From the NCBI GenBank assembly GCA_946632055.1, contig CAMPAR010000002.1:10131-74130 (forward strand): DNA of 64,000 nucleotides. Reading direction: 5' to 3'. Below the pieces are notes generated by a model that was not told the DNA's origin, did no database searches, and saw only the letters and a list, made by a program, of their open reading frames with translations. Both the position numbers and the translations under genes were made by a program. The stretch comes from an uncultured Lachnospiraceae bacterium. Lineage in GTDB: Bacteria > Bacillota > Clostridia > Lachnospirales > Lachnospiraceae. This document shows, one piece after another, positions 53,495-63,401 of this stretch. The stretch's first letter is position 1. The number at the start of each line of letters is the position of its first letter.

Positions 53495-54673
53495 ATGGCG
53501 AAGAAGGAGAAAAAGGACATGAGCGAAAAAACCATTACCCCAATGAAGGTCGGCGTCGTCGGCACCGGTATGATCTGCCGGATTTATATTGAAAATATTG
53601 CGAAGCGCTTCTCGGTTGTCGAGCTTGCGGCCGTCGCGGACAGAAATATTGATAAAGCGAAGGAAGTCGCGGACCAGTACGGTGTCAGGGCCTGCACGGT
53701 GGACGAACTGATGGCGGACCCGGAGATCGAGATCATCCTGAACCTGACGCCGCCGAGCGTGCATTATGAGATCATGAAGCGCGCCTTGGAGGCAGGAAAG
53801 CACGTCTATACCGAGAAGACCTTCACGATGAATATCATCGAAGCGCAGGAACTCATCATGCTTGCCGAGGAGAAGAACCTGATGATCGGCTCCGCGCCGG
53901 ACACCTTCTTCGCAAGCTGGGTGCAGAATGCGCGCCGGATTATCGACAGTGGCAGACTCGGCAGGATCACGTCCTTCGCGATGGTCGGAAACCGCGACAA
54001 TGACAAGATGCTCCCCGCGATGCGCTATCTGAACCGTCCGGGCGGCGGACTGATTCACGACTATGTCTGCTACTATCTGACCGTCCTCATCAATCTGCTC
54101 GGCCCGGTCGCGAAGGTTTCCGCCGATATCAAGGCGCCCTATCAGCGCCACATCGACAACTTCCCGCCGTCTCAGACAAAGGGCGAGATCGTCGAGACCC
54201 CGAACGAGAGCCAGGTCTACTCGATCCTCGAGATGGAAAGCGGCGTCACCGGAACGCTTGCGATCAACTGCGACAGCTGCTTCTTTGACCAGACCTATTT
54301 TGCGATTTACGGCAACAAGGGAATCCTGTATCTCGCCTGCCCCGACTGGTTCAACGGCGAGATCAGCATTTATGAGAATAATACAGACTACGCAAATTCC
54401 GACAAGCCGCAGCGGAAGCTGATTGAGGATCCTTACGCGTTCAAGACCAACAGCCGCGGCGTCGGCCTTGCGGACATGGTCTGGGCGAAGATCGAGGGAA
54501 GAGAGCCCCGGGTCAGCGGCGAGCGGTGCCTGCACGTGCTGGAGATCGAGGAGCGGATGTTTGAGTCCGACCAGAATGACGGAAAGAAGTGTGTCGTTGC
54601 TTCGACCTGCACGAGAAGTCTTCCGCTTGCGGTTCCGACAGATACTGAAGAAAGCGCCCTCAGAACGTGCTGA
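53495..54673 (+). CDS. Gfo/Idh/MocA family oxidoreductase (paralog 3)
   Basis: 392 aa. KVGVVGTGMI. Paralog of 3980 and 42703. Confidence 0.85.
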   Translation: MAKKEKKDMSEKTITPMKVGVVGTGMICRIYIENIAKRFSVVELAAVADRNIDKAKEVADQYGVRACTVDELMADPEIEIILNLTPPSVHYEIMKRALEAGKHVYTEKTFTMNIIEAQELIMLAEEKNLMIGSAPDTFFASWVQNARRIIDSGRLGRITSFAMVGNRDNDKMLPAMRYLNRPGGGLIHDYVCYYLTVLINLLGPVAKVSADIKAPYQRHIDNFPPSQTKGEIVETPNESQVYSILEMESGVTGTLAINCDSCFFDQTYFAIYGNKGILYLACPDWFNGEISIYENNTDYANSDKPQRKLIEDPYAFKTNSRGVGLADMVWAKIEGREPRVSGERCLHVLEIEERMFESDQNDGKKCVVASTCTRSLPLAVPTDTEESALRTC

Positions 54674-54739
54674 AGCACGCTCTGAGCGGCCGGCGCCGGA
54701 AGCGCACGGGCGTTTCCGAACAGATGAAAGGAGTCCCCT

Positions 54740-55303
54740 GTGATCATTACCCCCAACATGCATCTTGGCTTTAACTGCAAGGACCTTGAGAAGTCGATCA
54801 GATGGTATGAAACGTTCCTGAACTGCAAGGAAAAATTCACGATCTATTACGGTGATATGATTCCGGACAATGAAGAACGCAGGAACAGTATGCCGAAGGA
54901 ACGTCTCGCGTATCTGGAGTCCGTGAAGGACGTGAAATGGATTGTCTACATGGAATTTCAGGATGCGCCGGGTCAGTTTGTCGAGCTCTTCAATACGCTG
55001 GATGCGACCGTCCCCCATGTGCCGGAGGAGCACCGGGATCTGAATTTTACGCATTTCGCGCATACGGTCGACGATGTGCAGAAATTCTATGAGGAAGTGC
55101 TTGAAAAGGGCGGCAAGGATTCTGTCGTCCATCCGCCGATGCCGAATATTGACCGGACCTTTGCAATGTGGCTGCAGGATCCGGACGGAAACCGCATGGA
55201 ATTTATCCAGTATACGGATTACAGCATGCAGAAGATCGGCAGGGAAATGCCCGGCAAAATGACGCTGTCGGAGTTCTTTGACAGCTATATGAAGAAAAGC
55301 TGA
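54740..55303 (+). CDS. VOC (glyoxalase/bleomycin-resistance/dioxygenase) superfamily protein
   Basis: GTG start behind AAAGGAG. HLGFNCKDLEKSIRWYE and DPDGNRMEF are typical of VOC beta-alpha-beta-beta-beta modules. Confidence 0.7.
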   Translation: MIITPNMHLGFNCKDLEKSIRWYETFLNCKEKFTIYYGDMIPDNEERRNSMPKERLAYLESVKDVKWIVYMEFQDAPGQFVELFNTLDATVPHVPEEHRDLNFTHFAHTVDDVQKFYEEVLEKGGKDSVVHPPMPNIDRTFAMWLQDPDGNRMEFIQYTDYSMQKIGREMPGKMTLSEFFDSYMKKS

Positions 55304-55441
55304 ACCGGTTATCAGAAAGGGGTGTCTTCTGAGGCATTCCTTTTTTGATGTGCAGCAAACCCGGCAAGCGCGGCTGTGCTCGCACAGAGCCGCATTTGCC
55401 GGGTGTAGGACATGAGCAGCCGCAGGCTGCGAATGTCCGCG

Positions 55442-55529
55442 CTGCAGGATCGAGTAGGAGGGGCTGCCCCCTCCTACTCGATTATCGTCGGTGATATCCT
55501 GCAGGGCGGCAATATTCAGTCCTGCAGGA
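55442..55529. repeat. nested GC-rich inverted repeats between convergent genes
   Basis: 13-bp stem CGAGTAGGAGGGG / CCCCTCCTACTCG (55451-55480). CTGCAGGAT occurs three times (55442, inverted at 55497, 55521). Confidence 0.6.
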
Positions 55530-56358
55530 TTGAGGAGCCTTTCTTGCGGTACTGGTCCGGTGTCACGCCGGTGACAAGCCGGAACTGTGCTCCGAAATAG
55601 CTCGGCGAATCGTATCCGCAGGCCCTGCCGATTTCAGCTGCGGTGCGCTCAGGATAACGCTCCAGCATCATGCGGGCACTTCCGATCCTGAGGCGCCTGA
55701 GATACGAGACAATGGTGAGTCCGGTTTCCTTCTTGAAAACCGTACATAGATACTGGTGATTGATGCCGAGGCTTTCGGCTAGTTCCGGTATATAAAGGGG
55801 TTCTGTCAGATGGGTTTCCAGATGGCGGATGACGCGGCAGGCGTAGGAGTTCTCCGCATATTGGTCAGTCAGAGGATCTGACTCGGCCCGGAAAGTCAGT
55901 GTCTTTGAAATTTCCAGCAGAAACTGATAGCAGGCGGGGGACCAGTCCCTCTGGTCATCCGATCGCTCCGTCAGCCGCTTGAGCTTTCGATGGTTTTGCA
56001 GGAAGACCTGAGGATTGCTGCAGCTGTAGACACCGCTTTCCGAGAGGCCAAGCTGAGAGAAAAGCGGTGCGCAGATGGGACCGGTAAAGCCTGCGTTCGC
56101 GATGATCCATTTGCCGGAGGAAGCACGATACCTGCACGGAACACCCGGGTACAGAAGGAAAAAGTCTCCTTCCCGGACGATGGTCCGTTCATCGTTGATA
56201 AATAGATCGCCCTGTCCTTTCAGGGTCAGAAAACATTGGAAATTCTGTGCTCCGAGCGGGCGTTCGACAGGTTCCTGAGCGTAGTTTTCTCCGAGAAAAA
56301 CCAGCATCAGCGGGACGGAAAACTGCTGTTCGGATTCGGTCTGAAAAAAAGTCAGCAT
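55516..56358 (-). CDS. AraC family transcriptional regulator (cupin sensor plus HTH)
   Basis: Start moved to MLTFFQTE (AGGAGG upstream). C-terminal AraC HTH (SYFGAQFRLVTGVTPDQYRK). Confidence 0.85.
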   Translation of the reverse strand: MLTFFQTESEQQFSVPLMLVFLGENYAQEPVERPLGAQNFQCFLTLKGQGDLFINDERTIVREGDFFLLYPGVPCRYRASSGKWIIANAGFTGPICAPLFSQLGLSESGVYSCSNPQVFLQNHRKLKRLTERSDDQRDWSPACYQFLLEISKTLTFRAESDPLTDQYAENSYACRVIRHLETHLTEPLYIPELAESLGINHQYLCTVFKKETGLTIVSYLRRLRIGSARMMLERYPERTAAEIGRACGYDSPSYFGAQFRLVTGVTPDQYRKKGSSILQD

Positions 56359-56560
56359 TGTTTGCCTCCTAAGACGGACGGATAGTATTTGCAGTATGGA
56401 AGTATTATCTCTTCCCGGTCGGAAAAAGTCAATAAATCCGGCAGAAGAGAAAGATTTTCCAGTAGTACGAAGCGGAAAATCGATAGCCGCTGAAGGTTGT
56501 GATTTCAGGCGAAATCGTTTAGAATAGCAGTATAAAAAAACACAGGAAGGAAAGACTGAC

Positions 56561-57712
56561 ATGGATGAAATGACAAGACGTGATCTTGAAATGATGAAGC
56601 TGATGAGCTCCTCCGAAATGGACATCGAGGTTTTCGGGCGCTCTGAAACCTACCGCATTATGTGCGAAAACAAAATCTGTCTGAAGGCCGGCTTCGAAAA
56701 CGAAATGGCGCCGGAGGTGGTCGGTTACTGGGAGAAGAAAGGACTGAAAAAAGAACTGCATGACGCGGACCCGGAGAAACCCTGGACAAAGTGGGCAAGT
56801 TATCTTCCGATGTCTTATGTACGCGGAGAAGCGCCCGGAAAAACCTATCCGCTTCTTTTTGTCCTGCACGGTGCAGGCAATCCGATCTTCCTTGCGGAAA
56901 GCTACGGCTATACGAATATTGCGGCAAGAGAAGAACTGATTGTGATCATTCCGGAAGATGAGACGCCGGCATCCATAGAGAAGCTGATGGACTATGCGTT
57001 CGAAAACTACCCCGCAGATCGAACCAGAGTCTATATGGTCGGATACTCTCTCGGAGGTTTCATGACCTCGCGTCACGCACTCCGCTGGCCGGAAAGGTTT
57101 GCCGCGGTCGGAACCGGCGGAATGCTGTTTGCCAATGGCGAGTCGGATGCGCATGAGCAGGCGGGCCTTCTGTGGCCGGGAGAGAATACAACGGTGGAGA
57201 TGGCAGAGCGGGCAGCGGAGTTTACCGTCCCCGTCTGCTGCTGTATGGGCGAATATGAGGTGCTCGGTCTGATTCCGGTGACCCGCGATGAGCCGAAAAA
57301 TGAATGGACCGGCCAGCCGGAAGAGAAGAAAGAAGAAGCGGATTCGAAGAAAAAAGCGCCAAAGAGGATTGATCTTTCCGGCACGAACAAGATCCGCTCG
57401 ATCAACAACTGGCGGATAGCAAACGGCTGCCCCGAAATACCCGAGGAAGAGGTAAGAAAGGCGGCTGCGGAAACCGCGGATATCGTTGTCGAGAAGATAG
57501 GCTTTCCCTTTGAAAAAACTTCCGTTGAGCTTCGGGAAAACCGTTCCCACTATATCGGCGACTGTGTGAGTAAAGACGGCGAAGTGCGCGCACGCTTTAT
57601 CGGACTGGCGAAATCTCCGCACTGGCCCTCGCAGGCACTCTGTGATATGGTGTGGGAGTTCATCTCACAGTTCAGGCTGGACCCGGAGACCGGAAAATCC
57701 TGTCGGGCATGA
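56561..57712 (+). CDS. alpha/beta-hydrolase esterase (carbohydrate-esterase / PHB-depolymerase-like)
   Basis: YPLLFVLHGAGN and nucleophile elbow GYSLGG. Confidence 0.7.
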   Translation: MDEMTRRDLEMMKLMSSSEMDIEVFGRSETYRIMCENKICLKAGFENEMAPEVVGYWEKKGLKKELHDADPEKPWTKWASYLPMSYVRGEAPGKTYPLLFVLHGAGNPIFLAESYGYTNIAAREELIVIIPEDETPASIEKLMDYAFENYPADRTRVYMVGYSLGGFMTSRHALRWPERFAAVGTGGMLFANGESDAHEQAGLLWPGENTTVEMAERAAEFTVPVCCCMGEYEVLGLIPVTRDEPKNEWTGQPEEKKEEADSKKKAPKRIDLSGTNKIRSINNWRIANGCPEIPEEEVRKAAAETADIVVEKIGFPFEKTSVELRENRSHYIGDCVSKDGEVRARFIGLAKSPHWPSQALCDMVWEFISQFRLDPETGKSCRA

Positions 57713-57869
57713 GGAAATGGACGGGAAGACGGAAGTTCCTGCATGAAATAGTCCGCGAAGAGATATTTCACAACCCGAAAATTGATTTTAATACTGGTTG
57801 AGAGGCCTCTGTCAGGGTATAATAGATGACAGTAATTGTCGTATATTATATTCTGACGGAGGTCTTTTT

Positions 57870-60656
57870 ATGAGGAAAATTGAGGAACTTTTACAAAACG
57901 AGGGAGGGTCTTATATTCTGCCTTTCTTCTGGCAGCACGGAGAGGACGAAGAGACGCTCCGGGACTATATGCGCGCGATCGATGAGGCCAATATCCATTC
58001 TGTCTGCGTCGAATGCCGTCCGCATCCGGATTTCTGCGGCCCGAAGTGGTGGCAGGATATGGATGTGATTCTGGACGAGGCACATAAGCGCAGCATGAAG
58101 GTGTGGATTCTGGATGATGACCATTTCCCGACGGGACACGCAAACGGCGGTATTTCCAAAGCAGACAAAGCACTGCGTCCCTGGTATATCGATTCTGTGG
58201 CGGTCGAGTGCTTCGGCCCTTCGCCGGCAAACCGTTTTGATATCCATGCGGCGGTTCTTGACAAAGTAACGCCGAAAATGTTTCCCGGGATGCCGCCGCA
58301 GCGCCCGGGAACGGAAAAGAAATTCTTTGAAAACGACGAGGAAATCCTTTCCGTTACGGCCTGGGAGATCAATGACGAAGGCCGTCTCACCAATCCTCAG
58401 GACATCAGTTCCTTTGTTCAGGACGGAACCCTGATCTGGAATGTTCCGAACGGCTCCTGGAAAATCTATGTGACCTTCCTCACGCATAACGGTGACGGGA
58501 GGACTGATTATATCAACATTCTCGATCATGACAGCGTCCGCGTACTGATTGACGAAGTCTATGAGAAGCATTACGAGAGGTACGCTTCGGAATTCGGGAA
58601 GACGATTCTCGGATTTTTCTCGGACGAGCCGATGGTCGGGAATATCGCCGGAGGCTATCAGACTGCAAAACTCGGAGGGCAGCGCCATCTCACAAATCCC
58701 TGGCAGAAGGATCTGCCTGAAATGCTGGAGGAGCGGCTTGGCAAAGGCTGGAAGAATCTGATGCCGCTCTTATGGGGAGAGGGAACGGATGAACTGACCA
58801 TCCGCGTGAGGACGGCTTACATGGACGCTGTGACAAGACTCATTGAAAAGAACTTCGCGGGTCAGCTGGCGGCCTGGTGCGAAGCGCATGACGTCGAGTA
58901 TATCGGCCATATCTGGGAAGACAAGCATCTGTCCTATGCGCTTGGCGGCGGCCTCGGCCACTATTTCCGCGCGATGCACGGCAATCACATGGGCGGCGTC
59001 GACCTGGTATTCAGCTCCCAGATGCATCCCTGGTCCCAGCACAGCACGCGGGACTCGATGGGAGGCGACTATTACTATTATACGATCGGCAAATGGGCGT
59101 CTTCCCACGCGCATATTGATCCGCATAAGAAGGGCCGCGCGCTCTGCGAGATTTTCGGCGCAACCGGCTGGGATTTCGGTGTGGATAAGATGAAATATCT
59201 TGCCGACAATTTCCTGGTATCGGGCATCAACCGCTATGTTCCCCATGCCTTCTCTCCGAAAGCCTTCCCGGATCCGGACTGCCCGCCGCATTTTTACGCA
59301 CACGGCGAAAACGCACAGTATCCTTCCTTCGCGAAGCTGATGGAGTATATGCAGCGAATGTGTCATCTTCTGTCAGACGGCAGGACGGCTCCGGAGGTCG
59401 CGGTTCTGTATCACGCGGAAGGAGACTGGTCTTCGGAGCTTCCGAGCGTGAAAAATGATATGTACTGTGATGTTCCCGCGAAGATTCTCGCGGAAGCACA
59501 GATTGACTACGATTTTGTGCCGTCGGATCTTCTCAGCTCCTGTCTGAATACCGGTGCGGAGGCTGCAGGCGCGTCGGGATCGGCCCGGGAAATCGAGAAA
59601 AATGCGCTGACAGAGGCACCTGATTATCCGGCCTCTCTTTCAGACGGAAAGCTCTGTGTCAACGGTTATGAGTACAAGGCACTTATCGTTCCGGCGTCGG
59701 ATGTGACCTCGGAGGCGGTTGTACGGTTTTCCGAAGCAGCGAAGAAAGCCGGTTTCCCTGTTTTCTTTATCGATGTTCTTCCGAAAGCCTCGGCTGCCGA
59801 TGGCTTCCGGGAGGCGGAAGGCACGCTTGTTCATACAGAGGAACTGATCACGGTCCTGAAAGACCTCGGCATCGGCGAGCTGAAATTCAGTGTCTCTTCC
59901 TCCGACCTTCGCTTCCTGCATTACCGCACGGACAGCGACCTGTATTTCTTTGTCAATAACAATGTCGGAACGCCTTATGAGGGTACGGTAACCATCCCGA
60001 ATACCGAAAAAGCCTGGATTTACGACCCGTACGACAATACGGTCCGTCCGGCGGAGCAGTCGGTTTCGGGCAAAGAAAGCCGGATAGCGCTGCGTGTCTC
60101 AAACTGCAATCCTGTGGTACTCTTCTTTGGAAATTATGAAGGAGAATGCAGAATTCCTGCAGCGGAAAAGCTGAGAGTCGGGAGCGCTGCCGAAGACAGA
60201 CAGATTCTGGAACTCACGGACTTCCGGCTGTCCTCCTGCATGGCGAAAGAGTATCCGGTGTTCAAGGAGGCCGTACCGCTTCCGGAGCTTTCGGACATTT
60301 CGGTCCTGTATCCCGATTGTATGGACTGCCTGCGCTATGAGACGGAATTTGAACTTCCGGAGGAGGCTTCTTCCGCCATTCTTTCGATCGACTATATGTC
60401 CGACGGAGCGGAGGTCTTTGTGAACGGAATTTCCTGCGGCAGAAGGATCGCACCGGAGTGGGTATATGATCTGTCAGGAGCCATCCGGCCCGGAAAGAAT
60501 ACGCTTCGGATCGACATGGCAGCGACGCCCGCGAGAAAGGTCGCAAAATTCTATCCGCCGGAAGGACCGGTCTTCTCGATGGACGCGCCGAAGACCATCC
60601 GGCCGGAAGGAATCATCGGGAAGGTACGCGTTATTGATTTCCTGAAAAAAAGATGA
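57870..60656 (+). CDS. large cytoplasmic glycoside-hydrolase-like protein, family not assigned
   Basis: 928 aa. The N-terminal ILPFFWQHGEDEETL..CVECRPHPDF..MKVWILDDDHFPTG looks like a TIM-barrel glycosidase. The C-terminus looks like a galactose-binding-like domain. Assignment from memory only. Confidence 0.4.
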   Translation: MRKIEELLQNEGGSYILPFFWQHGEDEETLRDYMRAIDEANIHSVCVECRPHPDFCGPKWWQDMDVILDEAHKRSMKVWILDDDHFPTGHANGGISKADKALRPWYIDSVAVECFGPSPANRFDIHAAVLDKVTPKMFPGMPPQRPGTEKKFFENDEEILSVTAWEINDEGRLTNPQDISSFVQDGTLIWNVPNGSWKIYVTFLTHNGDGRTDYINILDHDSVRVLIDEVYEKHYERYASEFGKTILGFFSDEPMVGNIAGGYQTAKLGGQRHLTNPWQKDLPEMLEERLGKGWKNLMPLLWGEGTDELTIRVRTAYMDAVTRLIEKNFAGQLAAWCEAHDVEYIGHIWEDKHLSYALGGGLGHYFRAMHGNHMGGVDLVFSSQMHPWSQHSTRDSMGGDYYYYTIGKWASSHAHIDPHKKGRALCEIFGATGWDFGVDKMKYLADNFLVSGINRYVPHAFSPKAFPDPDCPPHFYAHGENAQYPSFAKLMEYMQRMCHLLSDGRTAPEVAVLYHAEGDWSSELPSVKNDMYCDVPAKILAEAQIDYDFVPSDLLSSCLNTGAEAAGASGSAREIEKNALTEAPDYPASLSDGKLCVNGYEYKALIVPASDVTSEAVVRFSEAAKKAGFPVFFIDVLPKASAADGFREAEGTLVHTEELITVLKDLGIGELKFSVSSSDLRFLHYRTDSDLYFFVNNNVGTPYEGTVTIPNTEKAWIYDPYDNTVRPAEQSVSGKESRIALRVSNCNPVVLFFGNYEGECRIPAAEKLRVGSAAEDRQILELTDFRLSSCMAKEYPVFKEAVPLPELSDISVLYPDCMDCLRYETEFELPEEASSAILSIDYMSDGAEVFVNGISCGRRIAPEWVYDLSGAIRPGKNTLRIDMAATPARKVAKFYPPEGPVFSMDAPKTIRPEGIIGKVRVIDFLKKR

Positions 60657-60722
60657 TATGATGACTTCAAACAGACTGCGCCGGGTTCGGGCGAATTGAC
60701 TTACGTTCAGGAGGACGATGAC

Positions 60723-61610
60723 ATGATCAGAAACAAAAACAGCAACTCCATGGATATCGCGAGAAAGTATCTGGATTCCCTGGTGATCGAAGGGCGGATC
60801 TTAGGCTCGGTCCATCCGTCGACGAAGACCAGCTTCCTCGGGATGGAATTTGACACGCCCGTTATGGGCGCCGCGCTTTCGCACCTGAAGCCCGGAATGG
60901 CGGGCTACGCGGAAGGGCTGAAGAAAGCAAATGCCTTCTGCTCCGTCGGCATGGGCGAAAACGACGACTTTGAAAAGGTGCTCGCGACCGGTGCGAAGGT
61001 CATGAAGGTGATCAAGCCTTACGCGGACCCGGAGGAAATCTTCTCGAGAATCTGCTTCGCCGAGGAGCACGGCGCGGTCGCTGTGGGCATCGATGTGGAG
61101 CACGCGACAAATTCCGAGGATGATCAGGACTCCCTGGTCGCCGGTTACCAGATGAAGCAGCCGACGCTGGAGGAACTGAAGACTTACGTCGCGTCGACGA
61201 AGCTTCCCTTCTTCTTCAAGGGAGTGATGAGCGCGAAGGACGCTGTGACGGCGAAGGAAATCGGCGCGGCCGGCGTCATTTTAAGCCATCACAACAATAT
61301 TTTCCGCTGTGCGGCCCCGCATGTATTCCTGCTTCCGGAGATCCGCGAAGCGGTCGGACCGGACTTTATTCTGATCGTTGACGGCGGAATTGAGGACGGC
61401 TATGACGCCTTCAAGGCGCTCGCAAGAGGAGCGGACCTTGTTTCTGTCGGCCGGCCCTTCATGCCGCCGTATGAGGCGGAAGGCCCGGATGGCGTGGCAA
61501 AAACCGTCGAGGAATTCACGAACCAGCTGAAGGCCATGATGCTCCGAACCGGCGCGAAGGACCTCGCGTCAATCGACCCCTCGGTGGTACGCGAAGCGTA
61601 CTGGATGTAA
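60723..61610 (+). CDS. FMN-dependent alpha-hydroxy-acid dehydrogenase/oxidase family protein
   Basis: TIM-barrel strings FFFKGVMSAKDA, GVILSHHNN, LIVDGGIEDGYDAFKALARGADLVSVGRP. Confidence 0.7.
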   Translation: MIRNKNSNSMDIARKYLDSLVIEGRILGSVHPSTKTSFLGMEFDTPVMGAALSHLKPGMAGYAEGLKKANAFCSVGMGENDDFEKVLATGAKVMKVIKPYADPEEIFSRICFAEEHGAVAVGIDVEHATNSEDDQDSLVAGYQMKQPTLEELKTYVASTKLPFFFKGVMSAKDAVTAKEIGAAGVILSHHNNIFRCAAPHVFLLPEIREAVGPDFILIVDGGIEDGYDAFKALARGADLVSVGRPFMPPYEAEGPDGVAKTVEEFTNQLKAMMLRTGAKDLASIDPSVVREAYWM

Positions 61611-61664
61611 GAGAGCAGACAGCAGTGAGACAGGCATCAGGCTTCAATTCGTGGAGGAAGAAGC

Positions 61665-62471
61665 ATGAGTGACAAAGTCCCTGTTTTATCGATCGTGTTT
61701 ATGAGCGTTGCCCTGCTTTTCAGCATCGCGGCCCCCATCGGAATGCTTCTGTGGCTTCGTAAGAAAAAGAATGCGGACCTGATGCCATTTTTCGCCGGAT
61801 GCGCGGTCATGCTGGTGTTTGCGCTTCTTCTGGAGGCGCTCGTCCATCAGCTGGTGCTCGGCTCCGGCATGGGGAAGGTGATCCGGGATCACATATGGCT
61901 GTATGCGCTTTACGGAGGCTTTATGGCGGGGCTTTTTGAGGAAAGCGGTCGGTTCATTGCGTTTAAGACTGTACTGAAAAAGTACCGGAAAAAGGATGTC
62001 AATGCCCTGATGTACGGCGCCGGACACGGCGGCTTCGAAGCCTTCTGGCTTCTCGGGCTCGGGATGATCAACAACCTGATCTATTCCGCGCTGATCAATT
62101 TCGGGAAAACCGAGGTCTTTACGTCGATGGTGCCAGAAGAGCAGCTTGCCGAGGCCGAGGGAATCTTCCGGACGCTGATTGACACGACGCCTGCCCTGTT
62201 TCTTCTCGGCATAGCGGAGAGGGTTTTTGCCATCGTGATTCACCTGTCGCTTTCCGTGCTGGTCTGGTTTGCCGCGAAGAAAAAGGGCAAAGTCTGGCTG
62301 TATCCGCTGGCGATTCTTCTGCATCTTCTTGTGGATGGAGGAATTGTCGTACTGGCAAGGAGCGGAGCTCATACACTTATAGTGGAAGCGGTGACCGGCG
62401 CGGCCGCGGCGCTTCTAGCGGTTCTGGCGGTCTTCATCTACCGGAAGAATACGTCCCAAAACGCCTCCTGA
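61665..62471 (+). CDS. YhfC-family intramembrane metalloprotease (paralog 2)
   Basis: FEESGR and GAGHGGFE motifs. Polytopic. Confidence 0.75.
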   Translation: MSDKVPVLSIVFMSVALLFSIAAPIGMLLWLRKKKNADLMPFFAGCAVMLVFALLLEALVHQLVLGSGMGKVIRDHIWLYALYGGFMAGLFEESGRFIAFKTVLKKYRKKDVNALMYGAGHGGFEAFWLLGLGMINNLIYSALINFGKTEVFTSMVPEEQLAEAEGIFRTLIDTTPALFLLGIAERVFAIVIHLSLSVLVWFAAKKKGKVWLYPLAILLHLLVDGGIVVLARSGAHTLIVEAVTGAAAALLAVLAVFIYRKNTSQNAS

Positions 62472-62537
62472 ACTCTGTGAAAAACAGTCTGCAATCAGTC
62501 CGGAAAACAATTGCTCCATCCGTGACTGCTGACTGTT

Positions 62538-63173
62538 TTATACGGGAGCCGAACATTTTTCCATGTACATATCCGTCAGCGCTTCCCCCATAAAGGCATG
62601 GGGATCGGCATCCGGACGAACCCAGGCGCGGACGAACTGCTCCGGAAGTATCAGCGGCATGCGGTCATGGATCCGGGAGAGCTCCTTTGAGGGCTCCCGC
62701 GTCAGGATCACGAATTCCGGCAGGCCGTTTTCGATCCGGTACAGCCCGAGGAGCCAGGTGAGGGAAGCGCCGGAAGGCTGAATCAGATATTTGCTGCCGG
62801 TGCGGATTTTGCCGGTCTCGGGATCCCTGAAATGCTCCCATTCGAAATAGCAGGAGGCCGGAACCGCGCAGCGGCGGGACTTCCAGGCATCCCTGAAGCT
62901 CGGCTTCATGTCCGCGGATTCCACGCGGGCATTCAGGAGAGGACGGGCATCCTGTGGCATACGGAAGCCGAAGCGCATCGGATAGATGCGCGGCTCCCCC
63001 TTCGGATTTGGCGCGAGGACGCCGACGATATCCGTCGGAAACACTTCGCCGTCCCGGACGAGCTTCGCCGGCCCCTTCATGCGGAACCGTTCCATCAGAA
63101 CGGAACGGTCGAGCCCTTCGGTGAGTTCCCGGTATTCTTCATTGCTGACATCAATATAAAAACGGGTGCACAT
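62538..63173 (-). CDS. SOS response-associated peptidase (SRAP / YedK-like abasic-site sensor)
   Basis: Start moved to MCTRF (Cys2 nucleophile) behind GGAGAAG. LLNARVES and CYFEWEH motifs. Confidence 0.85.
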   Translation of the reverse strand: MCTRFYIDVSNEEYRELTEGLDRSVLMERFRMKGPAKLVRDGEVFPTDIVGVLAPNPKGEPRIYPMRFGFRMPQDARPLLNARVESADMKPSFRDAWKSRRCAVPASCYFEWEHFRDPETGKIRTGSKYLIQPSGASLTWLLGLYRIENGLPEFVILTREPSKELSRIHDRMPLILPEQFVRAWVRPDADPHAFMGEALTDMYMEKCSAPV

Positions 63174-63192
63174 CGCTTCTCCTTTCAAGGTC

Positions 63193-63234
63193 ATTATAGA
63201 CGAAGAAGACACGATTGTCAAGAACAAATGTTCG
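63193..63234 (-). promoter_or_regulatory. consensus promoter with overlapping LexA (Cheo) box upstream of the SRAP gene
   Basis: On the minus strand: CGAACATTTGTTCT (63234-63221), TTGACA (63221-63216), 17 nt, TATAAT (63198-63193). Confidence 0.7.
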
Positions 63235-63401
63235 ATCCGGACTATTATAAATCCGGCAAGCTTTACCTGTTTTACGACATTCTGCCCGGATTCGCTGGAC
63301 ATTTGAAGGAGAAACGGATAAAATAGCATCCGGTGAGTGCGAAACGCTCCAAATATACCCTGTGACTCTATCATTATTTTATTTTATAAAAGGAGAAGCC
63401 T

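Noticed and set aside
52112-55132. 1006-aa ORF on the minus strand spanning the GH1, Gfo/Idh/MocA and VOC genes
   Set aside because: It is antisense to three well-supported plus-strand genes with family motifs. Its composition is R/L/A/V/H/D-rich and K-poor, typical of stop-free shadow frames in GC-rich DNA. No SD or start context, and no recognisable domain.
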